Shown: piece by piece, positions 35,934-46,790 of the stretch
Numbering within the stretch: position 1 is the first letter of the stretch
Layout: every line of letters begins with the position of its first letter
From: Marsupella aquatica
Lineage: Eukaryota; Plantae; Marchantiophyta
Assembly (NCBI GenBank): GCA_973895155.1
Contig: OZ316899.1
Location: forward strand, 7,257,241 to 7,321,240
Direction of reading: 5' to 3'
DNA length: 64,000 bases
Program-made: the position numbers and the translations under genes
Notes under the pieces: generated by a model
Seen by the model: only the letters and a program-made list of their open reading frames with translations
Databases searched by the model: none
What the model was told of the DNA's origin: nothing

Positions 35934-38900
35934 TCATTCAAACTGTGGAGTTTCTCTCGTTTGTGTGTCGACGGGCAGGCGCAATGTCGACAATCTTGTC
36001 ATGCCGATCGCTGCTACGTGCTTTCGATGGAGGCTGGCGGGTAATGGCTTCGTGAATAGATCAGCACAGTTCTCCTGGGAGCTCTTCCAGTGCACATTGA
36101 TGTGCTGCCCTATCTGTTCATGGGTAAAGAAAAATTTTGGGTCGATATGCTTCGTGCGGTCTGTCTTCATATATCCTGCATTGATTTGGTCCACGCAAGC
36201 TTTGTTATCTTCATGGATAATCGTCGGTTTGGTGAGTAGTGGCTTACCAGTATTCTTGCGGATGTGGTTTATGATGTTTCGAAGCCATAGCGCTTCTCTT
36301 GTTGCTTCGTAAAGAGCTATTACTTCTGAATGATTGGACGATGTGGTAGTCAAGGTTTGTTTTGTACTGCGCCATGATATTGCTGTGTTGCCTTGCAAGA
36401 AGACATAACCAGTCTGAGATTTCGAGTCATGCGGATCGGATAGATATCCAGCGTCCGCGTATCCTTGCAGTTCATCCGGGTTATCATTGGCGAAATACAG
36501 GCCCATATCCATGGAGCCTTGAAGATAACGAAATAGTCGTTTGATGCCGTTCCAGTGGCGAATAGTAGGTTGGGCGCTATGTCGTGCCAAGAGACTCACT
36601 GCAAATGAAATGTCGGGACGGGTGTTGTTCGCCAGATAGAGGAGAGCTCCGATTGCAGATAAATAAGGCTTGTCTGCATCAAGAAGTGGTTCATTTTCTT
36701 GTCTCCTTCTAAACATATCTTTAGTGGTGTCCAGGGATCGCATCTCCATGGGAGTCGAGACTGAGTAAGCATTTTGCATGTTAAACTGTCGAAGAATTTT
36801 CTTTGTGTAAGTTGATTGACTAATAAACATACTTTGTGGCAGGTGGTCGAACTGTAGACCGAGGCAATACGTCGGTTCTCCCAGTTCTTTCATTTCGAAG
36901 ATGCCCTTCATTGTATTAATAGTCTGCTTTAATAGCTTGGGGGTGCCGAACAGATTGACGTCATCAACATATAGTGCTAATATCACGAACTCAGGTGCTA
37001 GGTGTTTTATAAAAATGCAAGGGGCGAGGTCGTCATTTATAAAGCCAAGAGTCTGCATCTTAGTTTTGAATGTCTGATACCAGATGCGTCCGCTCTGTTT
37101 CAGTCCGTTTATTGATTTAAGGACTTGCACAGCAAATGCCTGCTGTCCAGTCCCATATTTACCTGGGTACTGGAGTGGTTCTTTGAGTGTGTTGCCACTG
37201 CTCAACACTAGGCCTTTAATGTCATCATCAGGGACAATCTGTCGAAGTCCCGACTTCATGTCCTGACTTAGGGTATGTATATTCTTCCCCTGGATGTGCT
37301 CTACCACTCTTTCGAGCAATTCCTTTGGAGCTTTCATATATATTTCGGAGTCTAAGACTCCATATAGGTACGCAGTTACCACATCCATGAGTATGTTTTT
37401 GAGTTTATGCTTTCTTGAAAAAGATATTAAGTACCTAAAGGTAGTTACATCCATAACTGGCGAATAGGTTAAATCGTAATCCCTTCCAGGGATTTGGGTG
37501 TAGCCTTTCGCTACAAGCCTTGCTCGATATCTTATGACATCTCCTTGGGCATTGCGTTTTCTAACGAATATAAAACGACTATCTGTATAGTCATTCTTTG
37601 GTTGTACAACCTTAACTGGGCCGAATACTTGTCTTTTGATTAATGCGTCCATTTCTGTATTGATAGCCTCTCTCCACTGTGGCCAATCGGGCCTTTTCTG
37701 TGCTTCTTTGATTGTATAGGGATCAGGTGTATCATTTGAGATGGATTGGGCTATATGATAAGCAAACTGCTCGTCTATTATTGTGTTTGATCGAGCATAA
37801 ATGTGTCCTGTGTGTGTGTATTGAATAGACATTTCTTCATTATCTGGTGCCCTCTTTTTCTCTGGTTCGATACTGACCAGATTAAATGTGGTTTCAGTAT
37901 TTACCGTTTGTGTACGTCTCTGGCGAGGGCGAGAATCAGTGGATCCTAGTGGGCGTCCTCTCTTCGCCTTAGGTAAGGTTTCCTTTGCTTGAGTTGGCAG
38001 CAGCTGAATCCGAGCTGGGGTATTGACTGCTTCAACATGTGATCTGGTCACATTTGCTGCGTCATTGAAAGCGTCAGGAATCTTTTCCAACATTTCGTGG
38101 AGATGTAATAAGCGCCTTACCTCCTCGTCTGCACTTTGAGTTCTTGGATCTTGATTGAGTAGATTTCTGCTATTCCAATTGAGCTGTACTGGTGTTATGT
38201 CGTGTGATGTAGTTGGCGCCTTAAGTAATGAGGGGAAAATTTCCTCATAGAAATGGCAGTCAGTGTGTCTTGCTTTAAATACATCAGCTGTGCTAGGTTC
38301 CAGATAGCGGATAAGAGACGAGGAGTCATGGCCAATATAAATACCTTCTCTCCTCTGTGGGCCAAGTTTGGATCGATGTGGCCCAAGGATGGGTACCATC
38401 ACTTTACATCCGAATACTCTAATGTGTGAAAGGTCAGGGGGTAAACCGAATGCAAGGTGATGAGGGGTTTTAGTATTAAATGCTGACGGCCGATACTTAA
38501 GCAAAGTTGTTGCATGGAGGACAGCGTGTCCCCATGCTGAAGGTGGTAGTTTAGAGTTCAATAGAAGTGGCCTTGTTATCATTTGAATCCTTTTTATGAC
38601 TGACTCTGCTATGCCGTTCTGGAAATGGACGTAAGGAACTGAGTATTCAATGTCGATCCCCGCTGTCATACAGAAGTCGTCAAATGCTCTGGAGGTAAAT
38701 TCCCCTGCCCCGTCCACTCGCAATTTCTTAATTGGACAATCTGGGAATTGTACTCGAAGTTTTAATAAGTTGGCTAAGATTCTGGCAAAGACCAGGTTAC
38801 GAGTAGAAATTAATGAAACGTGGAGCCATTTAGTTGAAGAGTCTACAATGGCTAAAAAATATCTGAAAGGCCCACTTGGAGGGTGTATTGGCCCGCAGAC

Positions 38901-40574
38901 ATCAGCATTTAGACGTTCCAGGAATTTAGGGATAGTATAGATGGTCTTTTGTGTAGCTGGGCGTGTACTCAGCTTCCCCTGAGAACATGCAAGACATTGC
39001 TTATGATTTATAGATGGACGCACTCCTTTAGGGATTCCTCGTGAGTCCTTGATGATGCGACGGTACATATTTATTCCCGGGTGCCCCAGTCGACAGTGCC
39101 AGAGGTATGTAAGATTATTTGATTCTGCTGTGGCATAGTTCGCTGTTATTGGGGCTGCATATAAACCCGGGGGTATTAGAGGTAGTATCTCTTTGATTTG
39201 AATTCCATCTGTGGTCATGGCTACTATTTGCAAAGTAGGTTTCTGCTGGATCATTGCTGTGCGGAGTTGATAATTATTAGCAACAATGTCTTTGAAGCTA
39301 ATCAAATTTCGAGTAGCTTTTGGTGCAAAGATAGCTGCTTCGATGTTAATGACTGTTCCTTGGGGAAATTTGACAGTAGCCTTTCCTGTTCCTTCCTCAA
39401 TCTTATTCGTACCTGATATGGTTGTCATTATCCTGGCAGATGGAGTGATATCTTGGAAATAACTCCTATCTTTTAGGATAGTGTGGGATGTCCCACTATC
39501 AATGATACCTAAATTGGGATCGTTGGAGGAGGGATATGGTGGCTCTTCTGTCACCAGATGAGCTTCAGCGTTGGATTGGTCTATCGTATCATTTTCTTCT
39601 CGATAAGATGGTAGCTCCTCTTCCAATTCCATATAGTTGCCATCTGGATTTTGCTTTAACTTAGCTCTTGCTTCTGAGTGCCTCTTAGCCGCTTGGTCAG
39701 AAGCCCAGCAGTCTTTCTTTAGGTGGCCAATTTTTCCACATCTATAACACATTCGGTCTTCTCGTGTGTTGTCAGATGATTGGGCGTGACCTCTGCCGCG
39801 TCCTCTTCCTCTACCCCGGCCACGGCTTCTGCTGCCTTGACCTCTAGTATTTTCATACTGATTTCCCCTTCCACTATAATTTGAGTTGCGACCTCGTCCT
39901 CTATATCCACCTCTTTGTGTACCCCGGCCTCTTATATTTCGTTGTTGGTCTTCTGGGGCATTGTAATTAATTTCTGGTTTCTGTGGTATAGGTGCAGTGC
40001 CTGGTGGTCGTTTCCTTGCATTCTGTATAGAGACAATTTGTTGTTTCTCCTCTACTAGGAGATGTGCAATTAAGTTAGAATAAGTTGTGAATTGCATATT
40101 CCTGTATTGAGTTCCCAAGGCGATGTTGGCCTCTGGGAAAGTACTCAACGTTTTATCGATTTTGTCTAAGTCTGCAACTGGGTGGCCACACATCTCCAAT
40201 TGAGATGTAATACGAAATAGAGAACTATTATAATTTGCTATAGAAGTATGATCCATGACACGTAGATTAAACCAATCCCTGCGGGCTTCTGGGAGCCAGA
40301 CCTCTCGCATATGGTCAAATCGAGCTTTTAATTTGTCCCATAATAGACGGGGATTAAGATCACTCATATATTGTGTCTTCAGTGATGGTGTCAAATGCTG
40401 TCTAAGTAGAAATACAGCTTTGGCCTTCTGTTGCAATGTTAAATTGTCATCAGTAATTAATGTATCCTCTAGTTGTATTGATGCGAAGTAGGTCTCTACA
40501 TCTATTGACCAGGTTAAGTAATTATTGCCATCTGCCAATAGGGCTGGAAAGTGTAATTTCTCCAGGGTGGCCAT
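35934..40574 (-). CDS. Copia gag-pol polyprotein (gag, CCHC, protease, integrase, RT, RNase H)
   Basis: CYRCGKIGHLKKDC, IIDSGTS, LWHCRLGH, VDGAGEF, NGIAES, YVDD, YADA, HEDNKA and ADLFTK; uninterrupted. Confidence 0.96.
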   Translation of the reverse strand: MATLEKLHFPALLADGNNYLTWSIDVETYFASIQLEDTLITDDNLTLQQKAKAVFLLRQHLTPSLKTQYMSDLNPRLLWDKLKARFDHMREVWLPEARRDWFNLRVMDHTSIANYNSSLFRITSQLEMCGHPVADLDKIDKTLSTFPEANIALGTQYRNMQFTTYSNLIAHLLVEEKQQIVSIQNARKRPPGTAPIPQKPEINYNAPEDQQRNIRGRGTQRGGYRGRGRNSNYSGRGNQYENTRGQGSRSRGRGRGRGRGRGHAQSSDNTREDRMCYRCGKIGHLKKDCWASDQAAKRHSEARAKLKQNPDGNYMELEEELPSYREENDTIDQSNAEAHLVTEEPPYPSSNDPNLGIIDSGTSHTILKDRSYFQDITPSARIMTTISGTNKIEEGTGKATVKFPQGTVINIEAAIFAPKATRNLISFKDIVANNYQLRTAMIQQKPTLQIVAMTTDGIQIKEILPLIPPGLYAAPITANYATAESNNLTYLWHCRLGHPGINMYRRIIKDSRGIPKGVRPSINHKQCLACSQGKLSTRPATQKTIYTIPKFLERLNADVCGPIHPPSGPFRYFLAIVDSSTKWLHVSLISTRNLVFARILANLLKLRVQFPDCPIKKLRVDGAGEFTSRAFDDFCMTAGIDIEYSVPYVHFQNGIAESVIKRIQMITRPLLLNSKLPPSAWGHAVLHATTLLKYRPSAFNTKTPHHLAFGLPPDLSHIRVFGCKVMVPILGPHRSKLGPQRREGIYIGHDSSSLIRYLEPSTADVFKARHTDCHFYEEIFPSLLKAPTTSHDITPVQLNWNSRNLLNQDPRTQSADEEVRRLLHLHEMLEKIPDAFNDAANVTRSHVEAVNTPARIQLLPTQAKETLPKAKRGRPLGSTDSRPRQRRTQTVNTETTFNLVSIEPEKKRAPDNEEMSIQYTHTGHIYARSNTIIDEQFAYHIAQSISNDTPDPYTIKEAQKRPDWPQWREAINTEMDALIKRQVFGPVKVVQPKNDYTDSRFIFVRKRNAQGDVIRYRARLVAKGYTQIPGRDYDLTYSPVMDVTTFRYLISFSRKHKLKNILMDVVTAYLYGVLDSEIYMKAPKELLERVVEHIQGKNIHTLSQDMKSGLRQIVPDDDIKGLVLSSGNTLKEPLQYPGKYGTGQQAFAVQVLKSINGLKQSGRIWYQTFKTKMQTLGFINDDLAPCIFIKHLAPEFVILALYVDDVNLFGTPKLLKQTINTMKGIFEMKELGEPTYCLGLQFDHLPQSMFISQSTYTKKILRQFNMQNAYSVSTPMEMRSLDTTKDMFRRRQENEPLLDADKPYLSAIGALLYLANNTRPDISFAVSLLARHSAQPTIRHWNGIKRLFRYLQGSMDMGLYFANDNPDELQGYADAGYLSDPHDSKSQTGYVFLQGNTAISWRSTKQTLTTTSSNHSEVIALYEATREALWLRNIINHIRKNTGKPLLTKPTIIHEDNKACVDQINAGYMKTDRTKHIDPKFFFTHEQIGQHINVHWKSSQENCADLFTKPLPASLHRKHVAAIGMTRLSTLRLPVDTQTRETPQFE

Positions 40575-41018
40575 AGTATCTCAAATCTGTAACAAATCAC
40601 TGTCCGCGTTCTGATTAATATCAAATCTATGTCGTTCTCAATTACTTCAATCACTCGTGCCTTTTTATCCACGGGATTTTCCTTGGCGATAAAAGAAACT
40701 CAGGATTTCCGTGGCGGAACAATAAGATATAAAAAAAATTGAGTCGAATTTGAACGGGAAAACACTATTTCAAAGTGATTCATGCCTCTCCGATAGTGTC
40801 ACTAATCAATTATATACGGATTGTGTGTTTTCCGTAAGGATTCGTGGACTATTCAGAGGATCCGAAGTTTAAATTATGGTGTGATTTGAATCGGTGGCAG
40901 TTACTGATGTGGGGTGGGGCTAAAAACGCAACATTGGAAGTCAATTTCTTTGTCTGAAAGCCGTACTCCAATTATCCTACCTTAACTCCAAACTGTAAAA
41001 AAAAAAATTAGATGCTAT

Positions 41019-41031
41019 CGCGCTGATAACG
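41019..41031 (-). promoter_or_regulatory. Primer binding site, internal (half) tRNA-iMet type
   Basis: CGTTATCAGCGCG immediately after the 5' LTR. Confidence 0.8.
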
Positions 41032-41195
41032 TGTTGTGTGACAATGGAGAGACTTGCAACTCGCTATTGTGTTCCATTATGGGTGTGACTTATATAGTCA
41101 CCATAGGGTTACATGTTGGGGTTGGTGTTAACCCATGTTACCCCTTCAGGATAGGGTTAGGGGTTAACCATGGTCTAGAGTAAATGGTTACAACA
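41032..41195 (-). repeat. Copia 5' LTR
   Basis: Identical to 35408-35571. Confidence 0.95.
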
Positions 41196-41445
41196 GTATG
41201 TGTATAAAATGCCTAAGTGCTCATTCCATTAACATCAAAGTGGAAAGGAGTGTGTGTACACAAGAGCACTTGAGAACCACATAGTTAAGCGCATGGGGAA
41301 GGAATAGCTTTGGGATGGGTGACCTCTCACTTGTAGTTATGCACCAAATTGGCCGCTCCAAAATCAGCAGCTTGCAACTACTCCTCACGTACCAGCTTGT
41401 TGGCTCCTGCTTCGCCCTCACGCCCCTCGTCCTGAGTTGCCTCGA

Positions 41446-41637
41446 AGCCACCATAGCCACTCAAGATCCTCTCTGTCCAAGGCTCAACATTGAAAGATGA
41501 CCTTTCAATGCCTCACAAGTGAGAAATACCCTCTCACACAAACCTGACGGAACCTTATCGGCTCATATAGCACACATACCAAACATACGGATCTAGATAG
41601 TACGATACACTCTAACACTACCTAGAATGGTGTGACA
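41446..41637 (-). repeat. 5' terminal repeat C of the DNMT-Gypsy element
   Basis: Matches only 27326-27519; A and B are absent at this end. Confidence 0.92.
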
Positions 41638-42560
41638 CGCGGCCTCAGCTTCATGTCTGACGGGAGAAACACACGAGCTTGTCATTTGACGTGAGGTGTT
41701 TTCAGGACCACGACCTCCTCATAATCTTCACTTTCACTTTGAGACAAATTAACAACGCCACTTCCACTAGCAAAAGGCATGGAAGACATCTTCTCAACGT
41801 CTATGGAATGAAGGTTTCTCCTTTTCAAACCTCTTGTATTTGGTGAAGTCACAAGGATAGTATCATGTTTGTGAGAGTCTTGTGCCGAGACATTCCCAGT
41901 TGCATGTCCTTTTTGTTTCACTGATCAAGTTATCATTGGGGTTATCATGTCTCCATTCAATAGAACAGTTCTTTCCAAATCAAATTCAGTTGCTTGGAAA
42001 GAAGTAGATTGGTGGCTTCTTCAAATAGACATGGAGACCCTGCCATGTCTACGGATCTGAAAGCCAGCTCAAAGATAGTTGGTCCAATTCCCCTATGTAA
42101 TCCTCGACCGTATGCAGTGTAAGTTGCAATCTGGCATACGGCTCTGTTTTGGTCAGTTTTGCATCCCTCCAAGAGGCCAACCTGCTTCTTCATTTTCCAA
42201 GCTTGCACGCTTGTGTGCATTGATTCCAAACTAGTACAATTTGGAATCATCCCAACCTCCTCAGCACTCTTGCTTTGTGACAAGAAATGAATAGAAATAT
42301 TTAGTGTATTATAAACAAAAGTACTTAACAATATGTATTGGATTCATGTCAATGTGGATGAACTCTTAACCTTAGTAGCGCGTGGTGCTATTAAATATGC
42401 AGTGTAAATGCCATGGCTGCAGTTCCATTTTGAACCACATTCTAATCTCACAATGTGCACAAAATTCCAGATTTTACATTAGCGCTTGGCGCTACTATTT
42501 TGAACAGGAGCAGGGGACGTGTCGTTCACATTTTCCAAAGTAGCATCGGGCGCTATAATT
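41638..42560 (-). pseudogene. MULE copy 2, upstream part (DDE core exon not seen)
   Basis: MIPNCTSLESMH..EGCKTD.NRA..G.GPTIFELAF matches 12840-13235; tagcg..cgcta palindromes continue to ~42557. Confidence 0.75.
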
Positions 42561-42579
42561 AGAAATATTTATTTCTATT

Positions 42580-45500
42580 TGTTGTAACCCAAGTCAACCC
42601 ACGGTCAAGTCTACTGCAGTCAAGCTAGTCATAACCGCCTAACTACCTAGCTACCTAAGGAACCATATGTGCTGGTTGGACAATGAATGAAGCATTAGTT
42701 GTTGACACACCACAACAAGTTATCAGGACGAGGCTCCTTGCCTTAATTTTTTCCTCCCTTCATTTTTTTTACTCAGATCCTTCGGTCCGTCAATGAAATT
42801 CATCTTCGGGACACTTTAGGGATGGCAGACAATACAATGAAATAAGGAGACATAGAGGATTTAGGACCATCGAAGAATTGAGGAACCAAAATAGGGTCAT
42901 GGACTATTGAGATCGATCATTCATCAATAGACCACCTACAGAACCACTGCAGAGAGACAGGGTACCAAATGCCAAAATCATAAGAGAATCACAAACAAGT
43001 ACTCGGTCGCAAGAAGACGCGGGCAACCAGAACCATCAGGAGAATATACGCAAGCCAACAAAGAGCTCACCAACTTTGATTTACATAGAAAGAATGGCCA
43101 TACGAAAGTATTGTTGATCCTACACATTTAGAAGGATGTCAATCCCCATGAACCCCATCGAAAAACTCCTATTCCAAGCCCTCAATATAGATGGCGCTAA
43201 TTACTTATCCTGGACCTTAGACGTAGAAGCACACCTTGCAGCTAAGGATCTCCAGGACATGATCATAACAGATGCAGGGATAACTTTGTAGCAAAAGGCA
43301 AAAGCCTTGATACTAATTCGACACCACTTAGGCAACTCCCTAAAATGGCAATACATGAATGAATTCAATCCACGAGCACTCTGGGACGAGCTTCAAGCCC
43401 GCTTTGACCACACTCAAACCATTTACCTGCCAGCTGCGCGACATGACTGGATCAATTTGAGAGTTCAAGATTACGAGACAATTGCAGATTACAATAGTGA
43501 GCTATTCAGAATCGTAGCCCAATTGGCAATTTGTGGTCAGCCAGTAAACGATGCAGAGCAAATTGAAAAGATGCTATCTACTCTACATTCCGCCAATCTA
43601 ATACTCTCGATGTAGTACCAGAATATGGCATTCACCAAATACTCCAAACTAATCCCCCACATGCTTTTGGTTGAGAAGCACCAGTTCCTATTACTACAGA
43701 ATGCACAAAAGCGACCCCCAGGAACCCTCCCCCCACAAACAACTCCATAAATCAACTATGCAACACCACAAAGGGGAGAGGGAACATCTTATCAAGGCCA
43801 AGGAGGTAGTAGAGGGAGAGGCCCCTACAAGGGTTGAGGAACTAACTTCCAACGTGGTGGAAGAGGAAACTTCTCACGTGGACGAGGACGAGGTTGATAC
43901 CAATATAATGGAGAGAGCTTGAGAAGCACCTGGAAACAAGATAACAATAATCAGCCCCAGACAAAGTTCAACCAAGAGCAATACAACCCATGAGATAAAA
44001 TCAAAAAACCTCCTCTCTATTTTTGCTGCGGAACTAAAGGGCACATCCTGAAAACATGTCGAGCCCCCACACCCCTAGTGGCACTCTATAAGAAAAGCAT
44101 CACAACAAATGAACCTGAAACGTATGGAACATTTATGGACTCTACGGAGATCCTGCCACAAGGAATCCCATAAAAACACCAGATGACCCTTCCTACTGTA
44201 TAGTAGACAGCAGCACTTCACATTCTATCTTGTAAAATAAAGAATACATCACACACATAACATTATCACAACAAAAGGTAACAACCATAATGGGCCAACA
44301 TCAATTGGAGGAAGGATATGGACCGGCAACAATGATTCTACCTCAAGGGACAACCATAAAATACACTCAGCTATTTACTCACCCAGAGCAACAAGAAATC
44401 TGATAAGTTTTGGAGACATATATAGTAAGAGCCAACAACCTGCATATAGAGACGGGAACCTCAAATGAACAAGAAGTTCAACACATAACATTTAAGACAC
44501 CAACGGAAAAAGGAATCCTGGAGACACTAAGTGCAACCCCTCCCGGATTTTACGTCACAAACATACAAAGCTTCCATAAACTCACAATAACATTGTTACC
44601 AAGATTTGGCACAGGAGGCTTGGCCACCCTGGCCTTAACATGTTTCAGAGGTTTATTAAACAAACCAAGGGCATACCTACCATGGTAGACCCCACATCCA
44701 TGCACGAGCCGTGCCTAGCATGCTCACAGGGAAAACTGATAATTTGGCCTTCCCCATCAACAACGGAAAGCCAAATCCCCAACTTTTTGGAGCAAATACA
44801 CGTTGATGTCTGCGGACCCATAGACCCCCCCAATGGCCCATTTTGTTTCTTCCTAGTAGTCATAGACGCATCTACAAAATGGTCCCAATTTCATTCCTAT
44901 CCACACAAAATTTAGTGTTCTCTCGTCTCCTATCTCATATCCTAAAACTGAGAGCACAATTTCCGGATAACCACATTTGGACACTCAGAGTAGATAACGC
45001 AAGGGAGTTTACCTCTAAAACTTTCAAAGAATTTTGTACTGCTACAGGAATAGACGTGCAGTACCCGGTCCCCCACGTCCACTTCCAAAATGGGACTGCA
45101 GAATCCTTGATAAAACGCCTCCAGATAATTGCTCGGCCACTATTAATGCAAAGTAATCTCCCCACAACAGCATGGGGACATGCAATTCTCCACTTGGCTG
45201 AGCTATAGACCATCAGCGTTCAACTCTAGCTCACCCCACCACCTGGCATTTGGCAATATTCTGAATGTCTCCCACCTGAGGACGTTTGGTTGCCAAGTAA
45301 TGGTGCCAATCTTGGGCCCTAAGCGAACGAAGATGGGCCCTCAGAGGCAACCAGGCATATATACTGGATGCGACTCTGCATCAATTATTCTCTACTTGGA
45401 ACCAACCACATCCAATGTATTCAAAGCTCGCTTTGTAGACTGCCATTTCTTTGAAGACACCTTCCCTAGATTACATATGAAACAGCAAATGGATAAAGAC

Positions 45501-46790
45501 GAGGTGCTCACCTGGCAAATCCAATCTGCATTTTGGAATGATCCTTGAACCAGCCATTCAAACACAAAAGTTTAACGAATTCTGCACCTCGCAAAAATGG
45601 TAGAACAGCTACCAGACTCTTTTGTAGATGCTGCAAAAATGACTAGATCTCACATACCGGTGGCAAATGCACCATCAAGAATACAGATGGAAATTCAACC
45701 CGCCACAGTGGCAGCACCAAGAGCCAAGCGAGGCCGCCCACTAGGCTCTGGAGACAAACAACCCAGGCAGAGGAGGGAAACCCCCTCCAGAGAGGCAACA
45801 CCAATTAATAGGGCCCCTACCTCTCCACAGCCTGAGACACAAGAAGATAACAAAGAGATTTCCATCAACAACAGCAGCACAGGGCACATATGGGACAGAC
45901 AGCAAATAATACTAGATGAACACTTTGCCTTCCACATATCTCAACAAATAGAAGAAGACTTACCTGATCCGAGGACAATCCCAGAAGCACAAACCCACCC
46001 AGAATGGCCAGAGTGGGAGAAAGCTATTCACCTAGAATTGGACTCACTTATATCACGCCAAGTGTTTGGCCCAATACCCCAGGTACACACCTGACGGGAT
46101 ACAAATGGACTTTTGTGAAGAAGCGCAATGCAACTTAGGGGCAGTGGTCAGGCACAAGGCCCGATTAGTGGCTAAGGGGCTTACTCAAATCCAAGACCGG
46201 GACTACGACCTCACATATTCCCCAATAATGGATGTAATCACTTACCACTACCTGATCACCTTTTCCCAGCATCACAACTTATCGATGCATCAAATAGACA
46301 TAGTGACAGCTTATTTATATGGCCATCTGGAATACAGTAATTCACATGGAGGCACCACCCAAACTGATACAACGAGTGAAACACCACTGTAAGGGGGAGC
46401 AAATACACCAAGAACCACATAAGCATACACACAACACCTTTGACCACGCCAATGCAGCAGTACTTAATAAAACAGCAAAATCAATAACATTGGGAGCTTC
46501 TTTAAAGCAAGAGTTGAAAAAAAATTAAAAAATTAAAAATTAAAAGTTGAAAAAGAAAAATCTTACCACACGAACTCCTTTTGCAAAACAAGTACTCCGT
46601 TCAATGTATGGCCTGAAACAAAGCGGCCTGACATGGTATAAGAGATTTAAATCATAAATGCTAGCAATGGGATTCATGAATGCTGATATAACACCATGCC
46701 TCTTTATTAAGTGAGAAGGAAGCAAACTCATTATCATCGCCATATATGTAGATGACTTGAACTTATTTGGCACCAGCAAAATCATTCTGG
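42580..46790 (+). mobile_element. Degenerate, 3'-truncated Copia related to the intact one
   Basis: LTR 42580-42717 (TGTTGT..ACAACA); PBS-like agttatcaggacg; broken gag/INT/RT ending just after YVDD. Confidence 0.88.

Larger units (their letters stand above)
35408..41195 (-). mobile_element. Intact Ty1/Copia LTR retrotransposon (Bianca-like, half-tRNA primed)
   Basis: Identical 164-bp LTRs (35408-35571 and 41032-41195); TSD GTATG on both sides; PBS CGTTATCAGCGCG; PPT aaggggaag; single 1546-aa ORF. Confidence 0.96.
27053..41637 (-). mobile_element. Gypsy-type retrotransposon with C5 DNA methyltransferase, PHD finger and split direct repeats (copy 1; contains a nested Copia)
   Basis: TG..CA termini; 4-bp TSD CGCG (27049-27052 and 41638-41641). 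Removing it restores the MULE reading frame. Domain order gag-PR-DNMT-RT-RH-INT-PHD. Confidence 0.92.

Noticed and set aside
27053-41637. DIRS/Ngaro tyrosine-recombinase element
   Set aside because: It has a protease, a DDE integrase, TG..CA ends and a TSD; no YR motifs seen; the methyltransferase is C5-type, not the DIRS adenine type.
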